A DNA stretch of 64,000 nt from NCBI GenBank assembly GCA_964435495.1, contig CAYSZK010000001.1, positions 66,832 to 130,831 of the forward strand. The letters are read 5' to 3'. The notes beneath the pieces were generated by a model, which worked only from the letters and a program-made list of their open reading frames with translations, had not been told where the DNA came from and searched no databases. Shown here piece by piece: positions 17,498 to 25,505 of this stretch. Made by a program: the position numbers and the translations under genes. Positions within the stretch are counted from its first letter, which is position 1, and every line of letters starts with the position of its first letter. This stretch comes from an uncultured Verrucomicrobiales bacterium. GTDB taxonomy: Bacteria; Verrucomicrobiota; Verrucomicrobiia; JADLBR01; JAIBCM01.

Positions 17498-18583
17498 ATG
17501 AGGGAACTGGCAAACAAACCCCTTTGCGGAAGGCGCCCGCCGAACGTGGTGGTCGTGGGCTACGGGTATGCGGGGCGCGCGTTCCACACCTATCTTGTGG
17601 GGCTGGCGCCGGGGCTGCGGTTGCATGGCGTGGCGGTTGGCGATCCCGAGAAGCAGGCGCGGGCGCGGCAGGAGCGGGGGTGCGCGATTTACGGGACGTT
17701 TGACGAAGCGATCCGGGATGCGGAGGTGGATTTGGTTGTGCTTGCGACGCCGAACAGCACCCATTGCGATCTGGCGGTGCGGGCGTTGGACGCGGGCAAG
17801 CACGTGGTGACCGACAAGATCATGTGCCTGAGCCTGGCGGAGTGCGACCGGATGATCGAGGCTGCGCATCGCAACAGAAAGTTGTTGTCCGTGTTCCAGA
17901 ACCGGCGGTGGGACGGCGACTTCCTGACCGTGCGGAAGCTGATGGCGGACGGGGCGCTCGGGGAGTTGCGCTGGCTGGAGTTGGCGTGGCAGGGGGCGCG
18001 GCCGATGGGCCGGTGGCGCGGGCAGGCGGCGATGGGGGGCGGACGATTCTACGATTTGGGGGCGCATTTGATTGACCAGGCGCTGTTGCTGATGCCGCGG
18101 GCGGTGGAGTCGGTCTGGTGCCGGATGCAGCACGACCATCGGGAATCGGACACCGAAAGCCACGCGATGGCGGTGATTGGGTTTGCGGACGGGGCGACGG
18201 CGGTGATCGACACGGGCAGCATGCATTTTCTTTCCAAGCCGCATTGGTATGTGGCCGGAAGCAAGGGAACGTTTGTGAAGCACGGGTTTGATCCGCAGGA
18301 AGGGGCGATGAACAAGGGGAACATCGACGCGGCTGCGGAGGCGGCCGCGGATTTTGGGACCATGCGTGACGAGCAGGGGGAGCGGCGTGTGCCGACGCTG
18401 CCGGGGCGGTGGCGCAATTACTACGAGACGATCGCGGCGGTGTTGGCGGGGGAGACGCCGGCCGTGGCGCCGGTGCGGCTGGCGGAGACGCGGCGGGTGA
18501 TGGCGGTGGTGGACGCGGCGCTGCGGTCGGCGGAATCGGGGCAGGTTGTGAAGACGGAGATTGGCGAGGTGGAGGCGGCATGA
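17498..18583 (+). CDS. Gfo/Idh/MocA family oxidoreductase (IolW-like)
   Basis: VGYGYAG, GKHVVTDK, FQNRRWDGDFLT and YDLGAHLIDQ. Confidence 0.9.
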   Translation: MRELANKPLCGRRPPNVVVVGYGYAGRAFHTYLVGLAPGLRLHGVAVGDPEKQARARQERGCAIYGTFDEAIRDAEVDLVVLATPNSTHCDLAVRALDAGKHVVTDKIMCLSLAECDRMIEAAHRNRKLLSVFQNRRWDGDFLTVRKLMADGALGELRWLELAWQGARPMGRWRGQAAMGGGRFYDLGAHLIDQALLLMPRAVESVWCRMQHDHRESDTESHAMAVIGFADGATAVIDTGSMHFLSKPHWYVAGSKGTFVKHGFDPQEGAMNKGNIDAAAEAAADFGTMRDEQGERRVPTLPGRWRNYYETIAAVLAGETPAVAPVRLAETRRVMAVVDAALRSAESGQVVKTEIGEVEAA

Positions 18584-19431
18584 GCAAGGGACCGTTCAAA
18601 TTGGCGTTGAACACGAGCACCATCCGGTGCGGGGAGCATCCGCTGGCGCGGCGCATTGACGCGGCGGCGGCGGCGGGGTGGGAGGGGCTTGAACCGTGGG
18701 TGAAGGAGCTGGACGCGCATGTGGCGGGCGGGGGCGCGCTTGCGGACATCCGGACGCGCTGCGCGGACGGCGGTCTGGAGATTGTGAACCTGATTGGGTT
18801 TTTCGAGTGGGCGGTGGACGACCCGGAGCGGCGGAAGCTGGGATTCGACGAGGCGCGCCGTTGCTTTGCGATGGCGGCGGAGCTTGGGTGCCGGCATGTG
18901 GCGGCGCCGCCGAGCGGGGTGCATGGCGCGGCGGGGACCGATCTGCGGGCGGTGGCCGACCGGTTCGCGGCGTTGTTTGACGCGGGCGCGGAGTTCGGCG
19001 TGGCGCCCTTGGTGGAGTACTGGGGTTTTGCGAAGACCCTGGGGCGGGCGGGGGAAGCGTTGCAAGTGGCCGCGGATTGCGGGCGGGACGGGGCGCGGAT
19101 TCTGGCGGATGTGTTCCACACCTACAAGGGGAGCGGGACATTCGAGGCTTTCCGGATGCTGGGGGACAAGGCGCTCGGCCTGTTCCACCTCAACGATTAT
19201 CCGGCGTTGCCGGCGCGGGGGGAGATCACGGACGCGGAGCGTGTGTATCCCGGGGACGGCGTGGCGCCATTGGGGGCGATCCTGCGTTCGTTGTGCGACG
19301 CGGGGTACCGGGGGTATCTGTCGCTGGAATTGTTCAACGCGGCGTATTGGGCGGGCGCGCCGGAGGCGGTGGCGAGGACGGGGTTGGAGAAGGCGCGCCG
19401 GGTGGTCGCGACGGCGTGCGCGGAATCGTGA
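18580..19431 (+). CDS. Sugar phosphate isomerase/epimerase (AP-endonuclease-2 TIM barrel)
   Basis: PLVEYWG, DVFHTY, HLND, ERVYPGDG and SLELFN. Confidence 0.88.
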   Translation: MSKGPFKLALNTSTIRCGEHPLARRIDAAAAAGWEGLEPWVKELDAHVAGGGALADIRTRCADGGLEIVNLIGFFEWAVDDPERRKLGFDEARRCFAMAAELGCRHVAAPPSGVHGAAGTDLRAVADRFAALFDAGAEFGVAPLVEYWGFAKTLGRAGEALQVAADCGRDGARILADVFHTYKGSGTFEAFRMLGDKALGLFHLNDYPALPARGEITDAERVYPGDGVAPLGAILRSLCDAGYRGYLSLELFNAAYWAGAPEAVARTGLEKARRVVATACAES

Positions 19432-19497
19432 ACGGCGCGGATATTCCCTCGATTTGATTGGCGCTTTGGGCAAGGCATGAGAAAGGAAAAGGACCGA

Positions 19498-20262
19498 ATG
19501 AAAAGCAAACTGGGCATCATTGGAATTGTGCGTGAAGAAATGGCGGCGGACCTTGGGGGGACGCTGCGAAAGCTGAAAGCGGCGGGGTATTCGGGCGTGG
19601 AGTTCGGGTTTGGCTCGTTCAAGGGGATGGGCGGGGCCGCGGCCGTGGGGCGGGCGATGGCGGAGGCGGGGATGGAGGTGGTGACGTGCCACGCGGGGCG
19701 GGAGGATTTGAAAGAGCGGTTTGGCGCGCTGGTCGAGGCCTGCCGCGAGGCGGGCTCGCGGCACGTGACGATTTCGTGGGCGGAGATGGATTCGCCGGAG
19801 TCGATCAAGGCGGACGCGGCGCTTTACAACGAGGTGGGGCCAAGGCTGGGGAAGGAGGGGATCACCCTTTGCTACCATAACCACGAGCATGAGTTCATGA
19901 CGCGGTTGGGGAGCCGGATGCCGATGGACATGTTGTTGCAGCAGACGGCGCCGGAGGCGCTCCAGGTGAACCTCGACATCGCCTGGGCGGCGTATGGGGG
20001 CATTCAGCCGGTGGCGTTCATGGAGAGATACGCGGGCCGGATTCCGATCCTGCACATGAAGGATTTGCGGGACCTGACCGTCCGCGGTTGTTTCACGGCA
20101 CTGGGGACGGGGTTGATTGATGTGGCCGGGTGCGTGCGCGCCGCGCGGGATGCGGGGGTGTCGTGGTTGGTGGTGGAACAGGACCAGCCCTGGCGGTTGA
20201 AGGGAATGGACCTTGCGGTGGCGTCGGCGTTGAACCTGCGGGAACTGGGATTCGAAGGGTAG
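19498..20262 (+). CDS. Sugar phosphate isomerase/epimerase (TIM barrel)
   Basis: CYHNHEHEF, LDIAW, LHMKD and LVVEQD. Confidence 0.88.
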   Translation: MKSKLGIIGIVREEMAADLGGTLRKLKAAGYSGVEFGFGSFKGMGGAAAVGRAMAEAGMEVVTCHAGREDLKERFGALVEACREAGSRHVTISWAEMDSPESIKADAALYNEVGPRLGKEGITLCYHNHEHEFMTRLGSRMPMDMLLQQTAPEALQVNLDIAWAAYGGIQPVAFMERYAGRIPILHMKDLRDLTVRGCFTALGTGLIDVAGCVRAARDAGVSWLVVEQDQPWRLKGMDLAVASALNLRELGFEG

Positions 20263-20373
20263 GTTTGAGGGCGGCAGCCGCGCGGCGGGTGTTGAGGGAT
20301 GCCCCGCCCTTTCCGATTTGCCGCGGCCCCTCGCGGCCTTCCTTTTGGGCGGGGTTGGGCTAGTGTCAGGGGC

Positions 20374-21426
20374 ATGCCTGTGCGAAACGTGATTTTTGAC
20401 TGGTCGGGGACGCTGGCCGACGATTTCCGACCGGTGTTGGAGGCGACGAACGAGATATTCCGGCACTACGGGCTGGCGGCGTGGACGGCGGCGGAGTTTC
20501 GGGAACGGTTCTACATGCCGTTCCCGGAGTTTTTCCGGGAGTTCCTGCCGCAGGCGACGCTGCCGGAGATCGACTTTCATTATCACCGGGCGTTTCGGTC
20601 GTTGCAGGAGGAGATTCCGCTTTTGCCCGGGGCGGTGGAGATTCTGGAGCATTGCCGGTCGGCGGGGATGAAGGTCTTTTTGTTGAGCAGCATCCATCCG
20701 GAGCATTGGGCGGCGCAGTCGGCGCGGCTGGGGGTGGGCGGATACTTCACCAAGGCGTACGCGGGCGCGCTGGACAAGCGCAGGACGATCCTGGCTTTGC
20801 TGGCGGAGTGGGACTTGAATCCGGCGGAGACGATGTTCGTGGGCGACATGCGGCACGACATCGACACGGCGAAGCACGGGCGGGTGGTGTCGTGCGCGGT
20901 GTTGACGGGCTATGATTCGCTCGAAAAACTCAAGAAGTCCGAGCCGGATTTGTTGTTTCGTGATCTGGCGGGTGTGCTGGGGCATTTGCGGAGGCACACG
21001 ACCGAGCCGGAGGGCGCGCCTGTGGCGACGGTGGGCGCGTTGCTATTCAATGAAGCGGGTGACGTGCTGATGATCCGGACCCACAAATGGTCGGATCGCT
21101 GGGGGATTCCGGGCGGGAAAATCAAGCGCGGGGAGACGGCGGAGGCGGCGTTGCGGCGGGAGGTGCTGGAGGAGACGGGGCTGGAGATCGAGGACGTGCG
21201 CTGGGCGCAGGTGCAGGACTGCATTGATTGTCCGGAGTTTTACAAGAGGGTTCATTTCCTGTTGTTGAATTACACGGCGCGGGCGGTGGGGACGCGGGTG
21301 GTGTTGAACGACGAGGCGGAGACGCACCGGTGGATGGCGCCGCGGGCGGCTTTGGCGGAGCTGGAGTTGAACACGCCGACGCGGGTGCTTCTGGAGTCGG
21401 TGTTGGCGGCGGGCGGCGGCGCCTGA
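20374..21426 (+). CDS. HAD-family hydrolase fused to NUDIX hydrolase
   Basis: FDWSGTL and VGDMRHDI (HAD); GGKIKRGETAEAALRREVLEETG (Nudix box). Confidence 0.88.
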   Translation: MPVRNVIFDWSGTLADDFRPVLEATNEIFRHYGLAAWTAAEFRERFYMPFPEFFREFLPQATLPEIDFHYHRAFRSLQEEIPLLPGAVEILEHCRSAGMKVFLLSSIHPEHWAAQSARLGVGGYFTKAYAGALDKRRTILALLAEWDLNPAETMFVGDMRHDIDTAKHGRVVSCAVLTGYDSLEKLKKSEPDLLFRDLAGVLGHLRRHTTEPEGAPVATVGALLFNEAGDVLMIRTHKWSDRWGIPGGKIKRGETAEAALRREVLEETGLEIEDVRWAQVQDCIDCPEFYKRVHFLLLNYTARAVGTRVVLNDEAETHRWMAPRAALAELELNTPTRVLLESVLAAGGGA

Positions 21427-21431
21427 GCGCC

Positions 21432-23285
21432 TCAGACATCGCCGCCGCCCAGGCCGGCGCGGTATTCCTTGCGCTGGTAGGCGTTCATGAGGATGCGCTC
21501 CGCGTCGTCGAAGACGAGGAGGCGGATTTTGCCGCGTTTGAGTTTGGTCCATTTGAGGCCGCCGATTTCCTCGCGGGGATGGGCGGCGCGCTGCTCGCGC
21601 GACATGTGCTCGAAGGCGGCCAGCGCGGACTGGACGCTGGAGGTTTTGATGACGCCCTCGGCATGGGCTTCGCGGAGGGCGGCTTCCAGGGCGGCGGGAT
21701 TGTGCAAATCGAGGGTGGCAAGGGCGGTGAAAGGATGGTTGGGATTGGGGCAGAAGAACCAGGGTTTGAGGGGCGCGAGGGCGGCGGGTTCATCCCCGGT
21801 TTCCGTTTCGATTTCGGGGCCGTGGTCGTCCACGGGCTCGGATGGGGCGCGGGCGAAGGCGGCGTCGAGGCGAACGCCATCGAGCGGCGCGGGGAAGGCG
21901 ACCTCCTCGGTCACGCCCGCTTCGGCGCGTTCGGCCCGGTCGAGTGCCTGGGCGGCGTAGAGTTCCAGGTGGGGAAGGAGGAGGGGGGCGGCGTCCGCGA
22001 GGAACCGGAGGATGACGGGCGAATCCGGGTCTTTGTGCCTGAGAAACTCTATGGAGCAGGCGGTGGCGAAGAGTTCGCCGGCCCAGGCGAGGGCGCCGCG
22101 CCAGGAGGGCGCGAGTTCGGATTGCTCCTGGAACAGCGACCGGTTGGAGGGCGTTACGTCGCCGATCCAGGAGCCGACGAGGTGAAGGAGCTGGCGGCGG
22201 ACGGCGTCGGCCCTGGGGCATTCGGCGAATTTTTGGCGGGGCTGTCTTGTGAGATGGATGGCGAAACGGCGAAGCATGTCCGGCGAGGGGGCCTCTGGGC
22301 GCAAGCGGGCGGCGATCATGGCGCGGATCAGATCCCCCCAGAGCGGCCCGACGAAGCACAACTTTGCGATGGGAGGCGTGTCGAGGGGCCGGCCATAGCC
22401 TTTGGGGGGTACCCGGAGGGCTTCGATCCAGCCTTCGAGCAGGATCAGGAGGCAGAAAAGGCCGTGCGGAAGGTCATCCGGGCTGGCGTCGGCTTTGGCG
22501 CGCAGGAGGGAAAGAATGGGGGCGCGCACGAGGTTGAGGGCGGAGGATGTTTTGCGGAAGAAACGCGCGCCGGTGGCCTCCATGGCGTCGAAAGTCAACT
22601 GGCGTTGCGCGGCCTCGTCTTCCGCGTCGGCCAGCGCGTCCGCGAAGGAAGATCGGTCGATTGCGGCGGCGATCATGGCGTTTGTCGGGAGCGCGTCCAA
22701 GAGTGTGGCGAGGTCGTACGGGTGTGGCCAGTTGGCCAGCTTTTCCAGGAAGGGGCGCATGGGGGCGCCGCCCTGGGCGCCGGGTTGGAACGCGGCGATG
22801 ATGTCGCGAAGGATGGACGCCATTTCCTCAACGGTTTCCACGGCGCCGGGGTCATTGGCCGAGGCGAAATGGCCGGCGCGCATGGCGGCCGGGCTGCTGA
22901 AATCGGGCGTGGGGTCCGCGTCGCGGAGAATCGCGCGGAGCGCCAAGAACAGGACGGTGAGGGCATCGGTTGTGGCGCCGGGGCCGACGGATTCGGCGGC
23001 GGCGGCGCAGAGGCGGAGGTGCGCGAGGTGGCGCCGGGCGGCGTGAAGGGATTCGAGTTCTTCAAGGACGCGTCCGGCGAGCAAGGCCAGGCGGGCGCGA
23101 TTGGTGAGAAACGCGGGCGCGCCAAGGGTGCGCCTGGCCTCGTCGAAGCGCTGGCGCAGGGTGGCCATTTCCTCCGCCGTTGCGAAAGGGCAGAATCGAA
23201 AGGTCGGCTCGAACGCGGGCAGGAGGGTGTCGTCCGGGCGCGCGGGGCTTGCGCCCGCTCCGCCGGAGGTGGCTTGGTGGCTCAT
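21432..23285 (-). CDS. 617-aa hypothetical protein: helical N-terminus, acidic linker, C-terminal RelE/ParE-like domain
   Basis: ATG 23285 overlaps the kinase stop; C-terminus WTKLKRGKIRLLVFDDAERILMNAYQRKEY resembles the RelE core. Confidence 0.65.
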   Translation of the reverse strand: MSHQATSGGAGASPARPDDTLLPAFEPTFRFCPFATAEEMATLRQRFDEARRTLGAPAFLTNRARLALLAGRVLEELESLHAARRHLAHLRLCAAAAESVGPGATTDALTVLFLALRAILRDADPTPDFSSPAAMRAGHFASANDPGAVETVEEMASILRDIIAAFQPGAQGGAPMRPFLEKLANWPHPYDLATLLDALPTNAMIAAAIDRSSFADALADAEDEAAQRQLTFDAMEATGARFFRKTSSALNLVRAPILSLLRAKADASPDDLPHGLFCLLILLEGWIEALRVPPKGYGRPLDTPPIAKLCFVGPLWGDLIRAMIAARLRPEAPSPDMLRRFAIHLTRQPRQKFAECPRADAVRRQLLHLVGSWIGDVTPSNRSLFQEQSELAPSWRGALAWAGELFATACSIEFLRHKDPDSPVILRFLADAAPLLLPHLELYAAQALDRAERAEAGVTEEVAFPAPLDGVRLDAAFARAPSEPVDDHGPEIETETGDEPAALAPLKPWFFCPNPNHPFTALATLDLHNPAALEAALREAHAEGVIKTSSVQSALAAFEHMSREQRAAHPREEIGGLKWTKLKRGKIRLLVFDDAERILMNAYQRKEYRAGLGGGDV

Positions 23286-24613
23286 GGCAATATGGCGATT
23301 TCCTGGCCGGGGCGCATCACGATTTGGATGTTGCCTTTGTATTCGGAGATTTCGCCGGTGACGCGGACGCGCTTGCCGACGTAGCGGCGGAGATTGGCCT
23401 CGCTCCAGGCGGGGTTGTCCCCTTCGATGCGGAAGACCAGGGAGAGCGCGTCGCGGTAGTCGTGGGCGAAATTGAGGTAGCGGGTGGTGGCGGAGTGGCT
23501 TTGGCCGTAGGCGGCGATGGCGCCTTCGACGGTGGCGATGGCCCCCAGGCGCGCGCGGAGGGCGTCGAGGTTGGAGGGGTCGAGAGGCGGCGCCTCGGCG
23601 GGCGGCGGAGCGCCCGGCGCGGGGGCGGCGGGGCGGGAGTCGCGGAACGCGGCAACGGCGAGATAGGCGAGCCCGGCGATGAGGAGCAGGGCGGCGAGGG
23701 CGGCGACGATGGCGGCGAGCGCACCGGAGGAGCGGGGCGCGGGCGGGGGCGTAAGGAAGGGGGCGGAGGGCGGGCCGGTTTGGAACAGGGCGTGCAGTTC
23801 GGAGCGGACGTGATCGGCGGAGGGCGGGCGTTGCGCGGGGTCCCGGGCGAGCATGCGCAAGACGAGATGGGAAAGGGCGGGGGAGACGTCGGTGCGGCAT
23901 TGGGATAGCGGGGTGGGGAACTGGTGGAGATGGCCCTGGATGATTTGCTGGGTGGTTTCGCCAAGGAACGGGTAGCGGCCGGCGAGGGCATGGTAGAAGA
24001 TGCAACCCAGGGAATAGATGTCGGTGCGGGCGTCGGCGGTTTCGCGTCGGAGCTGTTCCGGCGCAATGGTGTGGACCGTGCCGAGGACGGAGGTTTCGTC
24101 GTTGTCGCCGGAATCGGGGTAGAGGTCCGAGCGGGCGAGGCCGAAGTCGAGGAGTTTGACGGTAAACCCGCCGTCCTCGTGGTATTGGAGCATGACGTTG
24201 GAGGGTTTGAGATCGCCGTGGACGACGCCGCGGGCGTGCGCGGCGGCGAGGCCGCGGCAGATTTGGGCGGCGATTTCGGCGAAGGTGGGGATGTCGAGGG
24301 GGCCATCGGCGGTGAGGCTGTCGAGTGTGCGCCCGTCGATGAGTTCCATGACGACAAAGGGGCCTTCGGGGTCGATGCCGAAGTCATGGATCGAGACAAC
24401 GTTGGGATGGTTGAGGACGGCGAGGATTCGGGCTTCGCGCAGGGCGTCCTCCTCCATGGTGTCGGAGGGTTTGAGGCGTTTGATGGCGACTTCGCGGCCG
24501 AGGTGGGAGTCCCAGGCGCGGAAAACCGCGCCTACGCCGCCTTCTCCGAGAGGTTCCAGCAGTTGGTAGCGATGCTCCTGCGTTGAGGCTTCCTCCGCCA
24601 CACGCTTGTTCAT
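23282..24613 (-). CDS. Hanks-type Ser/Thr kinase with TM helix and C-terminal OB-fold
   Basis: LGEGGVG, VAIK, HGDLKPSN, DFGLA, APEQ; TM LAAIVAALAALLLIAGLAYLAV; GKRVRVTGEISEYKGNIQI. Confidence 0.92.
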   Translation of the reverse strand: MNKRVAEEASTQEHRYQLLEPLGEGGVGAVFRAWDSHLGREVAIKRLKPSDTMEEDALREARILAVLNHPNVVSIHDFGIDPEGPFVVMELIDGRTLDSLTADGPLDIPTFAEIAAQICRGLAAAHARGVVHGDLKPSNVMLQYHEDGGFTVKLLDFGLARSDLYPDSGDNDETSVLGTVHTIAPEQLRRETADARTDIYSLGCIFYHALAGRYPFLGETTQQIIQGHLHQFPTPLSQCRTDVSPALSHLVLRMLARDPAQRPPSADHVRSELHALFQTGPPSAPFLTPPPAPRSSGALAAIVAALAALLLIAGLAYLAVAAFRDSRPAAPAPGAPPPAEAPPLDPSNLDALRARLGAIATVEGAIAAYGQSHSATTRYLNFAHDYRDALSLVFRIEGDNPAWSEANLRRYVGKRVRVTGEISEYKGNIQIVMRPGQEIAILP

Positions 24614-24694
24614 AGCGGGAATTCGGCGGAGGTCACCGTCAAAAGCGGCGGGCGGGGAATGGCGCGGTCCGCGGAGCGCCGCGCGGCGCCCCGG

Positions 24695-25345
24695 TCAGGC
24701 GATGCCGTCGTGGAGGGTTTCGAAAAGCGAGACCTCGTCGGGGCAGTGGGCGAACTGCCCGTCGGAGACGAGGACGCCGAAGCCTTCGCCGTAGGCGCGG
24801 CCATTGACGACGCAGACGTCGGTGGCGCACTCCTGGATTTGATGGCGGGCATTGGCGAGGGCTTGGTCGCGGTTGCCTTCCACCTCGAATTTCCAACCGA
24901 ACAACCGGGCCTGGGGGAACCAGGCGCGCAGGTTGCGGATGATCTTGACGGTGGGCATGAGGATGAGGGCGAGGCTGCCGGCGCGGCTGGAGATTTTCCT
25001 GCCCTGGACGGAGGCGCCGGATTCGTCGAGGATTTGGTCCACGCGGAAATCGGCGACGGCGGCGGCGTGGAAGACGGCCTCGATCTGGGCGGTTTCGGCG
25101 AGGCGCCGGAGATTTTCGGCGAGGTTTTCGGTGGTGGTAAAAGGGATGATATGGGCGGCGTTGTTCGGGCCGGTATAGGTGGCGTAATGGCCGCGGAGGC
25201 TGAAGACCTCGTGGCCGAGGGCGGTGAGGAAATTGCCGAGTTTGGTGCCGAGGCGGCCTGTGGAAAAGTTGGTTATGCGGCGCACCTCGTCGATGGGCTC
25301 GTAGGTGGGCCCGCAGGTGACCGCCAACTTCAGTCCGGATCGCAT
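24695..25345 (-). CDS. coaB: Phosphopantothenate-cysteine ligase (stand-alone CoaB domain)
   Basis: VTCGPTYEPIDEVRRITNFSTGRLG, HAAAVADF and GWKFE. Confidence 0.85.
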   Translation of the reverse strand: MRSGLKLAVTCGPTYEPIDEVRRITNFSTGRLGTKLGNFLTALGHEVFSLRGHYATYTGPNNAAHIIPFTTTENLAENLRRLAETAQIEAVFHAAAVADFRVDQILDESGASVQGRKISSRAGSLALILMPTVKIIRNLRAWFPQARLFGWKFEVEGNRDQALANARHQIQECATDVCVVNGRAYGEGFGVLVSDGQFAHCPDEVSLFETLHDGIA

Positions 25346-25505
25346 GATCCGGCCATGTATAACAGAGTTGGGCGGGGATGTCGCGGGTTTATGTGGCCGG
25401 GGGAATGGGAAACGGGCGGTGCGCCCTGTTCCCTTGCCCTCGGGGCGCCCGGCATCCTTCCAAAGGCGTGTTGACTTCGCGGCATGGGAGAACGAGCATG
25501 GGAGA

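Noticed and set aside
20302-20354. CCCCGCCC/GGGCGGGG inverted repeat after the sugar operon
   Set aside because: Could be a terminator but is weak and likely by chance at this GC content
18421-20997. 858-aa minus-strand ORF (also 31-2250 and 12356-14431)
   Set aside because: Shadows of the sugar operon, nuo genes and recN; no recognisable domains
23286-24005. Apparent 240-aa N-terminal extension of the 21432 ORF
   Set aside because: Out-of-frame overlap with the kinase gene and low-complexity Arg/Pro; the ATGA-coupled start at 23285 is more plausible
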